Shown here piece after piece: positions 50,194 to 61,854 of a stretch of DNA of 64,000 bases. Below the pieces are notes generated by a model. It searched no databases. It was not told where the DNA came from and saw nothing but the letters and a program-made list of their open reading frames with translations. This stretch comes from Scenedesmus sp. PABB004. Lineage: Eukaryota. The first letter of the stretch is position 1. Every line of letters starts with the position of its first letter. The DNA is taken from positions 496,001 through 560,000 of the forward strand of contig JABVCE010000012.1 in the NCBI GenBank assembly GCA_014905635.1, written 5' to 3'. The translations under genes and the position numbers were made by a program.

Positions 50194-51513
50194 CTAGCGC
50201 CCGCTGCCGCCGCCGCCGCCCGCCAGCGCGCACCCGCCGCCGGGCCGGGCCTTGGCGCCCGCGCGCGGCACCGTGCCCGACGTCGTCGCAGCGGCGCCCG
50301 CCGCCATCGCCGCCGGCCCGGCCGGCGGCGCCGCTGGGTGCACGTTCTCGACCATCGACTGCGCGCGGGCGAGCCCCGCCTGCACGGCGAGCCAGAGCAG
50401 GGAGTAGAGCATGTAGGCCGACAGCAGAACGCCGCCCGCGATGGCCAGCACCGCGAGCAGCGCGCCGAGCGCGACGCAGCACTCGCCGCCCGCGCCCGCG
50501 CTCGCGAGGCACTCTCCGAGCAGCGGCGCGCCGCCGCCGCCGCCGCCGTCGAGGCAGAGCAGGCAGCAGGGGCAGCAGCTCGCGTCGGGCAGCAGCGCGG
50601 CGCCGGGCAGCCCGCACGCGCGGCCCGCGAGCAGCGCCGCGCTGGTGGCGAGCCCGAGCAGGCCCAGCGTCACCACGCCGTTGAGCACGTGCACCACGCC
50701 GTACGGGACCAGCAGCTCGCCGCCGCCGCGGCCGCCGCGGCCGCCGCCGCCCGGCGCGGGGCTGCCGGGCGGCGGGCCCGGCGCGGGCGACGCGCCCGGG
50801 CCACCGCTGCCGCCGCCGTCGCTGCTGGTGGTGAAGAGCGCGTCTGTGATGGGCACAAAGCCGGCCAGAAAGACCGCGCCAGACATCAGCACGGCGAAGA
50901 GCACAGCCAGCGTCGCGGGGCTGCCCAGCAGGCTCGCCCACCAGAGGCGGCGATACTGATACCTGCGCGCGCGCGCCGGCGGCGGCACGAGCGGCGGCGG
51001 CGTCTGCGCGACCGCGGCCACGGCTGCGCCCGGTGGCGGGGGCGCCGCCGCCTGGCCCCCGGTGGGCGCGCCGTGTGCCGCGCTGCGCAGGCGCCGCCTG
51101 CGACGCGCCTGAACTTGCACACTTCGCACTCAAAGCAGGCGTCCGCGCGGTGCGCGCTGTCGCGCCAGTGCTGCAGACACTGCCGGTGCACGTGCCTGCG
51201 CGCGGCGGCCGAGGCGGCGGCGCCATGGGCGGCGGCCGTGGCCCCGGGGCGCGGAAGCGCGGCCGAGCGCGCGCCTGCAAGCGCGGTCCGCGCTTGCACA
51301 CCGCGAGCTGCCCGAGCAGAGGCAGGGGCAGATGAGGGGGTTGCCTGGGTCGGCCGGGCTGCGCAGGTCATCCTGCTCAAGGCAGATGCGGCACGTGCCC
51401 AGCGCCTCCGGCGGCGGCGCGTCTGGCTCGACCTGCAGCACCAGCTCCTCTGCGCCCGCGGCGCCGCCGCGCTGGAAGCGCTTGGCGAGCAGCGGCGCCG
51501 CCTCTCCCTCCAT
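50194..51513 (-). CDS. RING-CH (RINGv/MARCH-type) membrane E3 ubiquitin ligase, 3 exons
   Basis: CRICLEQDD...LICPCLCSGSSR|HVHRQCLQHW...CEVCKF (C4HC3), followed by hydrophobic TM segments. Confidence 0.88.
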
Positions 51514-52143
51514 GGCCGCGCGCGCCGCTGCCGCGGGCGCCGGGCGGGCCTGCGTGGCAGCGGCAGCAGCGGCGGTGAGCGCCGAAGGCAGCGCCGCGCC
51601 CAGCCCGCGCCGCGGCACACGCAGCAGCACACGGGCACCGCATGCGCGTCGTCCAGCGGCCAGGCGGGGCGCGCCCGCGGCCCCTGGCGCCCGCACGCCG
51701 CCGCCGCGTGCGCTGCTGCCCCGCACCGCGCACGCCTCGCTGCGCACCGGCTGCGGGACGGGCGCGCGGTGAGGGCGTGAGGACGTGCAAGGCGGGCCCG
51801 ACAGGCCGTGCCGCGGCCCCTGCTGCCGGCGGGCTGCGCGCGTGGCGGGCGTGCGGCGGGCCGCCGCCGGCGGCGCTCGCCTCGCGCGGCGTCGGCGCGT
51901 GTGGGGCAGCGCGCGAGCTGCTGAGGCGGTTGTGTGTGTGTGTGTGTGTGATGCTGTGGCACTAGCGACTGGTTGTGGGGTGCGCCGCCTGAACCGCGCT
52001 GCGCCTGACGACGCAGCGGCCTCGCCGCGCGATGCAACACACGCGCCCAGCGTCGCTTACACCAGCAGCCGCTGAGCCGCGCGAGTGACCGGCACGCGCC
52101 CGATCGCCGCCACTTCAACTGTCAACGCGCCCGCACGGCCAGG

Positions 52144-53221
52144 TCAGCGGCCGTCGTCGGGCGCGGCCGGCTGCGCCTGGATCCACGCGACCACCGCGTC
52201 GTGGCCGTTGTCCGCTGCGCCTCGCTCACACCATGCGCGACGCCACGGGCAGCCGTTGGCGCGCAGCCAGCGCAGCGCCTCCAGGTGCCCGTGCGCAGCC
52301 GCCGCCCGGCCCGCCCGCCCGTCCCACGGCGCGGGCTCGTCCTGGGCGCGCGCCCAGCGCAGCATCTCCAGGTCGCCGCGCTGCGCAGCAAAGTAGCACA
52401 CACCGATGTCCCAGTGCACCGGCGGCGTCTGCGCGCGCGCCCAGCGCAGCACCGCCAGCTGCCCCCAAGAGGCTGCTCCTCCGCACACGTCCCGCAGGGG
52501 GAGTCCCGCGCCGCGCGCCCACTCCAGCACGGCGAGCTGGCCATGCTGTGCTGCTGCCGGGCACACGTCCCACAGGTCGAGCCCCTCGCCGCGCGCCCAC
52601 TCCAGCACTGCGAGCTGGCCATGCTTTGCTGCTTCTGCCCAGCAAACAAAGCCCATGCTGCAGCCGGCGCCGTGCAGCCAGGCCAGCCCCGCCACGTCGC
52701 CGCACGCCGCGCGCGCCGTGACCAGCTGCCGCTGCAGCTGCTGCTGCTGCCACCCGGCACCCTGCACCGCCCGCCGCGCCTCCTGCACCGCCGCCAGCGG
52801 CAGCTCGGGGCAGCGCAGCGAGACGACCTTGGCGCCGCCGAAGCGCTCGCGCGCCGCCTTGCAGACCAGCTTGGCGGCCCACGCCCGCAGGGCCGTTGGC
52901 CAGAGGCTCAGGACGTCGAGCACGAGCGGCTCGGGCAGCTCCGGCAGCAGGGCGCTGGCAGCAGGGCGGGCAGGCAGTGAGCGGGGCGGGCGGCGAGCGG
53001 TGAGGCGGCGCCTGCTGCCAGCGGTGGTGGCTTGCGGGCAGCGCGTGCGGCCGCGTGCGGCGCCGGGCACCAGCCAGGGGACACCGGAAGCAGCAGCAGC
53101 GGACACACCTCGGCGCCGCCTCCGCCCCAGCCGGCGCCTCGCCTGCCGGCGCTGCTGCTGCCGCCGCACGCGCGCGCATGGTCGGCCCGGCGCGCCGCTT
53201 GCCCGCCGGCGCAGCAGACAT
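52144..53221 (-). CDS. F-box-like/ankyrin-repeat protein, copy F
   Basis: MSAAPAGKRR exon; LLPELPEPLVLDVLSLWP; ankyrin-like repeats; TGTAA at 52057-52061 (-). Confidence 0.8.
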
Positions 53222-53892
53222 GGTGCAGCCTGACAGCCTGCGGGCCATCAGGGAGCAGCAGGCGGGGCGCCGGCAGCAGCGGGCGAGCGCGCGCGGGCGG
53301 CGTGAGCGGGGCAGCAGCAGCGCGCGGCGCCCGCCCCCCCGGCGCGGCGCGGCGGCGGGCCTGCCAGCGGCGTCCCGGGCGTGCATGCCCAGCGATCCAT
53401 GCGACACGCCCGCCCGACGCGCCGCACCGCTGCCCCCGCCGCCCCAGCGGGCGCCGCGCAGCGCGGCCCGCCCGCCGCTGCCCTCCGCCTGCCCCCGCGC
53501 CCGGCTCGCCTGGCGCCGCGCTGGGCGGCACGGCCTAGTCTCCAGGCGCCCGCAGGTCCGCGCCCCGCCTGGCCAGGGGCGCGCCGCGGGCGGGGGCGGG
53601 CGCGGGCAGCGGCGGCGGCGGTGTGCGCGGGAGCTGTGGGCGGCGCAGCCGGCGCTTGTGTGCGTGTGTGGCAGGGGCGCTGAGGGCGGCGGCTGTGGGT
53701 GGCGGCGGGGCGGCGCGCGCGCGGGGGTCCTCGGCGGCGGCGCGGGCAGCTGGCCGGGCGGCGCCTGCGCCCTGCGCCCTGCACCGCCGCCCGCGTGCCG
53801 CGGCTGCCGGGACGGCGCGGGCCGGCGCCGCCGCCAGTTGCCGAGCGCGCCCCTCACTACCGCCACCAACTCGCCGTCAGCTCGCCCGCTGA

Positions 53893-54652
53893 CGGGCGCG
53901 GGCGGCGAGTGCTGCGTCGCGCTCGGCGCGCTGCTCGCGGTGCTGGCCATCGCGGGCGGCGTGCTGCTGTCGGCCTACATGCTCTACTCCCTGCTCTGGC
54001 TCGCCGTGCAGGCGGGGCTCGCCCGCGCGCAGTCGATGGTCGAGAACGTGCACCCACCCGCCGCCGCCGGCCGGGCCGGCGGCAACGGCGGCGAGCGCCG
54101 CTGCGACGGCGGCGGGCGCCGCTGCAACGACGTCGGGACCGGCGCCGCGCGCGGGCGCCAAGCCCCGGCCCGGCGGGGGCGCGCGCCGGCGGGCGGCGGC
54201 GGCGGCGGCAGCGGGCGCTAGCGGCGGTGTGCAAGCCGGCGTCGAGCGAGCGTCGCGGCTGTTCCGGCGCCTCACCGCGCTCGCCCCTCAAGCAACGCGC
54301 CGCGCGGCGCCGGCGACGCGGCCTCCTCCAGGCCGGCGCGCCAGGTTGGGGCATCGCGCAGCCAGTTCCACCGCAGCGTGTCCCACACGCGCGCCGCTCT
54401 CAACGCGCGCGCATGGCTGACCGGGGGGAGCGACGGGCCACGCCCAGCCGCGATCACGCGCCTCCGCGCACACTAGGGTGTTGCGAGGAGACTCCTTAGT
54501 TCAGCCTCCCCGCCGTGCCCGCACCGCCGCGCGCACAGCCCCCGGCGCCACACGCTCTCGCCGCCGCGCCGCTGCCGCCGCAGTCCTCGACCGCCCGCCG
54601 AACGCACGTCGTCGCCTCACCGCGCCCGCTGCTGCCGCGCGCCGCGCCGCAC
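53893..54652 (+). pseudogene. Inverted duplicate of 49761-50498 (3' end of the RING-CH gene plus downstream intergenic DNA)
   Basis: Encodes GAGGECCVALGALLAVLAIAGGVLLSAYMLYSLLWLAVQAGLARAQSMVENVHP, as in the RING gene; the reverse-complement match continues through the noncoding CTAGGGTGTTGCGAGGAGACTCCTTAGTTCAG. Confidence 0.9.
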
Positions 54653-54723
54653 GCCCCACGCCCGCGCCGCACGCGCGCTCCCTCGTTAGGCTGCTCTCAG
54701 AACCACGCGGCTCAAACCTCAGG

Positions 54724-55726
54724 TCAGGGGTCCCCGTCGTCGTGCGCGGCCGGCTGCGCCTGGATCCACGCGACCACCGCGTCGTGGCCGTTGTCCGCCG
54801 CGCCTCGCTCACACCATGCGCGACGCCACGGGCAGCCGTTGGCGCGCAGCCAGCGCAGCGCCTCCAGCTGCCCGTGCGCAGCCGCCGCCCGGCCCGCCCG
54901 CCCGTCCCACGGCGCGGGCTCGTCCTGGGCGCGCGCCCAGCGCAGCATCTCCAGGTCGCCGCGCTGCGCAGCAAAGTAGCACACACCGATGTCCCAGTGC
55001 ACCGGCGGCGTCTGCGCGCGCGCCCAGCGCAGCACCGCCAGCTGCCCCCAAGAGGCTGCTCCTCCGCACACGCCCCACAGTTCCAGCCCCTCACCGCGCG
55101 CCCACTCCAGCACAGCAACCTGGCCGGCACGCCCTGCTTCCAACCCAACCCAGTCCATGTTGCAGCCGGCGCCGCGCAGCCAGGCCAGCCCGGCCACGTC
55201 GCCGCACGCCGCGCACGCATTGGCCAGCAGCCCCTGCCGCCACCAAGCATCACCCTGCACTGCCCGCCACGCCTCCTGCACCGCCGCGAGCGGCAGCTCG
55301 GGGCAGCGCAGCGAGACGACCTTGGCGCTGTGGAAGCGCTCGCGCGCGGCCTTGCAGACCAGCTTGGCGGCCCACGCCCGCAGGGCCGGCGGCAGAAAGC
55401 TCAGGATGTGCAGCACGAGCGGCTCGGGCAGCTCTGGCAGCAGGGAGCTGGCGGCGCGGCGGGGCGCGGCGGGCGGGCGGCGACGGTGAGGCAGCGCGCG
55501 GCACGTGCTGGACCTGGCTGTGGCTCGCTGCTCAGCGCGCGCCTGGCCAGCAGCAGCCGGGGCGCTCCCAGCAGCAGCAGCGAGCGCCCTACCTCGCCGC
55601 CTCCTTGCCAGCGCCAGCCACCGCCGCCTTGCGCTGCGCTGCCGCTGGCGCCGCCGCGCTCGCTGCGGCGGCCCTGGCGCGCGTGGTCGGCCCGGCGTGC
55701 CGCTTGCCGTCTGGCGCAGCTGACAT
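54724..55726 (-). CDS. F-box-like/ankyrin-repeat protein, copy G
   Basis: MSAAPDGKRH exon; [20 protein letters not shown]-terminal half almost identical to copy F. Confidence 0.8.
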
Positions 55727-56406
55727 GGTGCCACCTGACAGCCTGCGGGCCAGCAGGGAGCAGGGGGAGGCGCCGGCGGCGCGGCGAGCGGCGCGGCGTG
55801 AGCGCGGGCGGCAGCAGCAGCGCCAGGCGCCCCCGCCCCGGCGCGGCGGTGCGGCGGTGGGCCTGCCAGCGGCACCCGGGGCGCGCAGGCCCCGCGGCCC
55901 AGGCCACACGCCCGCCCGCCGCGCACCGCCGGTGCCCCCCGCCGCCCGCAGCGGGCGCTGCGCACGCGGCGTGCCCGCCCGCTGCTGCCCTCCCCGCCTG
56001 CCCGCGCGCGCGGCTCGCCTGGCGCTGCGCTGGAAGGCACGATCCAGTCACCAGGCGCCCGCAGGTCCGCGCCCCGCCTGGCCAGGGCGCGCCGCGGGCG
56101 AGGGGGCGGGCGCTGGGCGGCGGCGGCGCGGTGCGTGCGGGAGCTGTGCGGGCTGCGGCCGGCGCTTGTGCGTGTGCGTGTGTGGCAGGGGGGCGAGGGC
56201 GGCGGCTGTGTGGGCGGCGGGACGGCGCGCGCGGGGGGCCTCCTCGGCGGCGGCGCGGGCAGCCGGCCGGGCGGCGCCTGCGCCCTGGGCCCTGCACCGC
56301 CGCCCGCTGCGGCACGCGCGGGCCGGCTGTGCGCGTTCAGCCTGTCAACAGGTTGCCAGCGCGCGCCGCGTCCGTCGCGCCCCGCACGACCCCCGCGCGG
56401 CACGCG

Positions 56407-58388
56407 TCACACGCTCAGCCCCGCGTCGCGCTGGCGCCGCAGCACGTCACCGAGGCTGCCCTGCCGCGCGCGGCTGTCGGCGAGCAGCGCGTCGCGCGAG
56501 GCGGCGCTGCGCACGTAGACCGTCTCGGACGCGGCGCTGCGCGACCCCACGCGCGTCTCCGCCGCCACGCGCAGCGCGCCGTCAGGCAGCAGCGCGTAGC
56601 TCTCCACCAGGCTGCCCGCGAGCGGCGCGCCCCACGACATCTCCACGCGCACGCCGCCGCCCGGCCGCCGCCGCCGCCGCGGCGGCCTGCCGCCCGGGGC
56701 GGAGGTCGCGCCGCGCGAGCTGCGCCGCGCCGCCGCCGAGGGGGACCTCCTCGGTGACCCTGAAGAAGGGCACCACCGTCACGAAGCTCACGCGGAACGA
56801 CGTCGCGCTCTGCGACGCACGGGCGCGCGGCGGCGCGGCGGTCGGCGGCGCGCGGGCGCGTGAGCGGCGCGCGGGCGCGCGGCGGGCGGGCGCGACCGCA
56901 GCAGCGGGTGGGCGGCAGGCGCCGCACGGCGGCGCCGCGCGGCGAGTGCGGGCGCAGCGCGCCTGCGAGATCTCCAGCCCCTCGATGAGCCGCGCCGTGA
57001 CCTTTTGCAGCCCCGACAGCCCCAGCATGTCGAGCTGCCGCTCGTAGCCCTCTGCGCGGCGGCGGCGGCGGCAACGGCGGCGCGCGGCGGCACACATGGG
57101 GCCACGTGGCGCGGCGGCCGGGTGCCGGCGCCGGCGCGGTGTGCGCAGACGGCTGACCCGCGGGCCCGCGCGCGCGCGCGAGCGTGGGGGCGCGCCCACC
57201 CTGGTCGGAGCGCGCTGGGTCTTTGACCCACAGGCCTGACAGGTCGACCGGCCTGCCCTGCTGCTGCTGAGCGCCGGGCGGCGGCGGCCCCGGCTGCGCG
57301 GCCGCCGCCGCGACGACCGCCGGCGCCGCGCCCGACCGGCCGGCCGCGGCGGCGGGCTGCGGGCGCTGCGGCGGCAGCTGCGGCTGCGGGACCAAGCTCG
57401 CGAGCGGCTGCAGCAGCGAGTCCACGCCCTCCTGCAGCGCCCTGCGGCGCGCGGGGCGGCGGGTCGCGTCGCGCGAGGGGGCCGGCGCGCGCGGCGCCTG
57501 AGGCTGGGGCGCCAGCTGCAGGCCGGGCTGGGGTGTCGCAGCATGCTGCGACAACAGCACTTCGGCCGCCCCACCTGCTCGCGCCCTGCACCGCGGGCAG
57601 CACCGGCCCCAGGCCGCGTACGAGCGGCCGCACGAGCGCCAGCTGGCTCGCCGAGGCCTTGACCGCGGGCTCGGCACACTCCACCACGCCGCGGATGAGC
57701 CCGCGGCCGTCCAGCGTGAAAAAGGCGAGCCCCCGGCTCACCACCGCGCCGCTGCTCGGCAGCACGAGGCGCCTGCGAGCGCGGCGGCGCGGCGCCGGCG
57801 CGCGCGGCGCGTGCGCCGCTCAGCGCCGCAGGCCGAGGTCGGCACGCGCGCGGGCGCGGGCCGGCGCAGCGCGGCGGGGCGCGCAGCGAGGGCGCCCACG
57901 CACCACACGACCGCTGCGCCGCCGCCGCCGCCGCCGCCCGTGGCGGCGTCCAGCTCGAACGTGGCCTCGTCCGGCACGGCGGCGAGCGAGGCGGCGTAGA
58001 ACGCGCACACCGCGTCGGCGCCGGCAAACGCCTGCGCGACGGCCAGGTTCTCGTACGCCACGCCCACGCCCTCGGCGGACAGACACGCCGCCAGCGCGGC
58101 GGCGTCGCGCGCGTTGAGCGCGGCGTAGAGGGCAGCCACGGCGGCGGGCGGCGCCGCGGCGCCCGCGCCCGAGGCCGCGGACGCGGCAGCGCCCGCCGCG
58201 CCGGGGCTGGCGCCCCCCGTGGACACGGCGGCCACCGCCGTGACGCGGCGGCCGCCGCCGCCGCGCGCGTGCGCTGCAGCGCGGAGGCCCCCGCTGTGCG
58301 CGGCGCACGCGCGCCCCCGCGCCGCCGCCGACCGCGCCGCGACAGCGACCACGCGCCGCGCAGCGGCCGCGCTCGGGGCGCGCGCCAT
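56407..58388 (-). CDS. SnoaL/NTF2-like domain fused to a lipocalin/FABP-like beta-barrel; multi-exon, possible transit peptide
   Basis: VAALYAALNARDAAALAACLS...YENLA...FAGADAVCAFY...RGLAFFTLDGRGLIRGVVECAEP (SnoaL-like); VDLSGLWVKDPARSD...YERQLDMLGLSGLQK...SETVYVR (GxW barrel). Confidence 0.7.
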
Positions 58389-58440
58389 GGCCGTGCTGAG
58401 ACAATGGTCACCTCCCAGCAGCCTAGAAGACCCCAGCGGC

Positions 58441-59075
58441 TCCATGGCCGCGCGCGCCGCTGCCGCGGGCGCCGGGCGGGCCTGCGTGGCAGCGGCAGCA
58501 GCGGCGGTGAGCGCCGAAGGCAGCGCCGCGCCCAGCCCGCGCCCCGGCACACGCAGCAGCACACGGCACCGCATGCGCGTCGTCCAGCGGCCAGGCGGGG
58601 CGCGCCCGCGGCCCCTGGCGGCGCCCGCACGCCGCCGCTGCTGCCCTGCACCGCGCACGCCTCGCTGCGCACCGGCTGCGGACGGGCGCGCGGTGAGGGC
58701 GTGAGGACGTGCAAGGCGGGCCCGACAGGCCGTGCCGCGGGCGCTGCTGCTGCCGGCGGGCTGCGCGCGTGGCGGGCGTGCGGCGGCGCTCGCCTCGCGC
58801 GGCGTCGGCGCGCGTGTGCGGCAGCGCGCGCGTGCTGCTGAGGCGGGTGTGTGTGTGATGCTGTGGCATTAAACGAGCGACTGGTTGTGGGGTGCGCCGC
58901 CTGAACCGCGCTGCGCCTGACGACGCAGCGGCCTCGCCGCGCGATGCAACACACGCGCCCAGCGTCGCTTACACCAGCAGCCGCTGGGCCGCGCGAGTGA
59001 CCGGCACGCGCGCAATGGCCGCCACTTCAACTGTCCACGCGCCCGCACGGCCAGGTCAGGGGTCCCCGTCGTCGT
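58441..59075. repeat. Direct duplicate of ~51509-52160 (RING-CH start codon/5' region plus ankyrin-gene 3' UTR)
   Basis: Near-identical from TCCATGGCCGCGCGCGCCGCTGCCGCGGGCGCC through GCCGCCACTTCAACTGTC...GGCCAGGTCAG. Confidence 0.9.
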
Positions 59076-60043
59076 GCGCGGCCGGCTGCGCCCGGATCCA
59101 CGCGACCACCGCCTCGTGGCGTCTGCGCGCCGCGCCTCGCTCACAGTCGACGCGACGCCACGGGCAGCCGCCGGCGCGCAGCCAGCGCAGCGTCTCCAGG
59201 TGCCCGCCCTCAGCCGCCTGCCTGCACGGGCCCTTGCCCCACGGCGCGGGCTCGGCCTGGGCGCGCGCCCAGCGCAGCATCTCCAGGTCGCCGCGCCCTG
59301 CGGCAATGAAGCACACGCCAAGCACCTTGTCGCCCCACGGCAGCGGTGGCGTCTGCGCGCGCGCCCAGCGCAGCACGCCCAGCTGCCCGCCCACGGCTGC
59401 TGCAAAGCACACGCAGCTCAGGTCCAGCCCATCGCCGCGCGCCCACTCCAGCACGGCGATGTGGCCGGCTAGCGCTGCTGCCCAGACCACGCCGTGCGCC
59501 ATGGTGCCCACATAGTGGTGATAAAAATCGCCCAAGTCGCAGCCGGCGCCGCGCAGCCAGGCCAGCCCCGCCACGTCGCCGCACGCCGCGCGCGCCTTGG
59601 CCAGCCACTGCTGCTGCCAACTGCCACCCTGCACCGCCCGCCAGGCCTCCTGCACCGTCGCGAGCGGCAGCTCGGGGCAGCGCAGCGAGACGACGGTGGC
59701 GCCTCGGAAGCGCTCGCGCGCCGCCTTGCAGACCAGCTTGGCGGCCCACGCCTGCAGGGCCGGCGACAGGAAGCTCAGGACGTGGAGCACGAGCGGCTCG
59801 GGCAGCTCCGGCAGCGGGCTGCGGGCGACGCGGGCGGCGCGGGCGGGCGGGCGGGCGGGCGGGTGCGGCGGTGAGGCAGCGCGCGGCGCGTGCTGGAGCT
59901 GGCCGTGGCTCGCTGCTCAGTGCCCGCGCGACCAGGAGCGGCAGCCGGGGCGCCCCCAGCAGCAGCAGAGCGCCCCACCTCGGCTCGTCCCCAGTGCCGC
60001 GCGCCGCCGCCTCGCGCTGTGCTGCCGACGGCGCAGCAGACAT
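59056..60043 (-). CDS. F-box-like/ankyrin-repeat protein, copy H
   Basis: MSAAPSAAQREAAARGTGDEPR exon; [18 protein letters not shown]; repeats ending ...AHDDGDP*; TGTAA at 58969-58973 (-). Confidence 0.8.
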
Positions 60044-60903
60044 GGCGCCACCTGACAGCCTGCGGGCCACCAGGGAGCAGCAGGCGGGGCACCGGCAGCA
60101 GCGGGCGAGCGCGGCGTGAGCGGAGCAGCAGGGGTTCAGGAGCGCGGCGCCCGCCCTTGCCCCGGCGTGGCACGCGGCGGCGGGCCTGCCTGCCAGCGGC
60201 GCCCCGGGCGTGCATGCCCAGCGGTCCATGCGACACGCCCGCCCGCCGCGCACCGCCGCTGCCCCCGCCGCACGCAGCGGGCGCCGCGCTGCGCGGCCCG
60301 CCCGCCGCTGCCCTCCGCCTGCCCCCGCGCGCCCGGCTCGCCTGGCGCTGACCTGGGCGGCACGGCCTAGTCTCCAGGCGCCCGCAGGTCCGCGCCCCGC
60401 CTGGCCAGGGGCGCGCCGCGGGCGGGGGCGGGCGCGGCGCGGCGGCGGCGTGGTGCGCGCGGGAGCTGTGGGCGGCGAGGCCGGCGCTTGCGTGCGTGTG
60501 CGTGTGTGGCAGGGGTGCTGAGGGCGGCGGCTGTGGGTGGCGGCGGGGCGGCACGCGCGGGGGCCTCCTCGGCGGCGGCGCGGGCAGCCGGCCGGGCCGC
60601 GCCTGCGCCCTGGGCCCTGCACCGCCGCCCGCGTGCCGCGCGGGTGCCGGGCGCGGCGCGGAGGAGGCGGCGTGCCGCCGCCGCCAGCGCCCGGTGACGG
60701 CGCGGGTGCGCGACCCGCCCAGGAGCGCTGCGTGCGCGGTGTGCCGGTTGCCAGCGCGCCGCCTCCCCGCCGCCAACTTCCGCTCCCTCGCCACGCGCGC
60801 ACGCACGCATCACGCCGCAGGCAGCGCCCCAGGCACACGCGCGCGCCCAGCCACGGGCGGCCTGCCTGGCCTCACCTAAATCTCAGTCGGCGTCTGAGCT
60901 GAG

Positions 60904-61854
60904 CTAATAGAATCCCCAGTCCGGCTCGTCGTCGGGCGCGGTCGGCTGCGCCCGGATCCACGCGACCATGGCCTCGTGGCCGTTGCGCGCCGCGCGCTCG
61001 CAATCGCCACGCTCCCACGGGCAGCCGTTGGCGCGCAGCCAGCGCAGCGCCTCCAGCTGCCCGTTCACAGCCGCCGCCCAGCACACAAGCTTGCCCCAAG
61101 GCGCGGGCTCGGCCTGGGCGCGCGCCCAGCGCAGCATCTCCACGTCGCCGCGCCCTGCGGCGTTGTGGCACACGCTGCCCCACGGCAGCGGCGGCGTCTG
61201 CGCGCGCGCCCAGCGCAGCACCGCCAGCTGCCCGCCCACGGCTGCTGCCTCGCACACGCGCCTCAGGTCCAGCCCCTCGCCGCGCGCCCACTCCAGCACG
61301 GCGATCTGGCCTGCCCGCGCCGCTTCCCAGACCACGCTGTCATGCACTGCATACACGACGCCCATGCTGCAGCCGGTGACGCGCAGCCAGGCCAGGCCCG
61401 CCACGTCCCCGCACACAGCGCGCGCCTTGGCCAGCCGCGACTGCCGCCCTGGCTCATCCTGCATCGCCTGCCAAGCCTCCTGCACCGCCGCGAGCGGCAG
61501 CTCGGGGCAGGCTGCTGAGACCACTGTGGCGCCGCGGAAGCGCTCGCGCGCCGCCTTGCAGACCAGCTTGGCAGCCCACGCCTGCAGGGCCGGCGGCAGG
61601 AAGCTCAGGACGTGGAGCACGAGCGGCTCGGGCAGGTCCCGCCACAGGGAGCTGGCGTCGCAGGCGGGGCGCGCCGGGCGGGCGGGTGCGGCAGTGAGGC
61701 AGCGCGCGGCGCGTGCTGGAGCTGGCTGCCGCTCCCTGCTCAGCGCCCTGGCCGGCAGCAGCAGCTGCAGGCATCGCCAGCGCGCCCACCTCGGCTCGTC
61801 CCCAGCGCCGCACGCCGCCACCTCGCGTTGCGCTGCCGCCGGCGCAGCAGACAT
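60904..61854 (-). CDS. F-box-like/ankyrin-repeat protein, copy I
   Basis: [41 protein letters not shown]; ends ...PDDEPDWGFY*. Confidence 0.8.
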   Translation of the reverse strand: MSAAPAAAQREVAACGAGDEPRWARWRCLQLLLPARALSRERQPAPARAARCLTAAPARPARPACDASSLWRDLPEPLVLHVLSFLPPALQAWAAKLVCKAARERFRGATVVSAACPELPLAAVQEAWQAMQDEPGRQSRLAKARAVCGDVAGLAWLRVTGCSMGVVYAVHDSVVWEAARAGQIAVLEWARGEGLDLRRVCEAAAVGGQLAVLRWARAQTPPLPWGSVCHNAAGRGDVEMLRWARAQAEPAPWGKLVCWAAAVNGQLEALRWLRANGCPWERGDCERAARNGHEAMVAWIRAQPTAPDDEPDWGFY

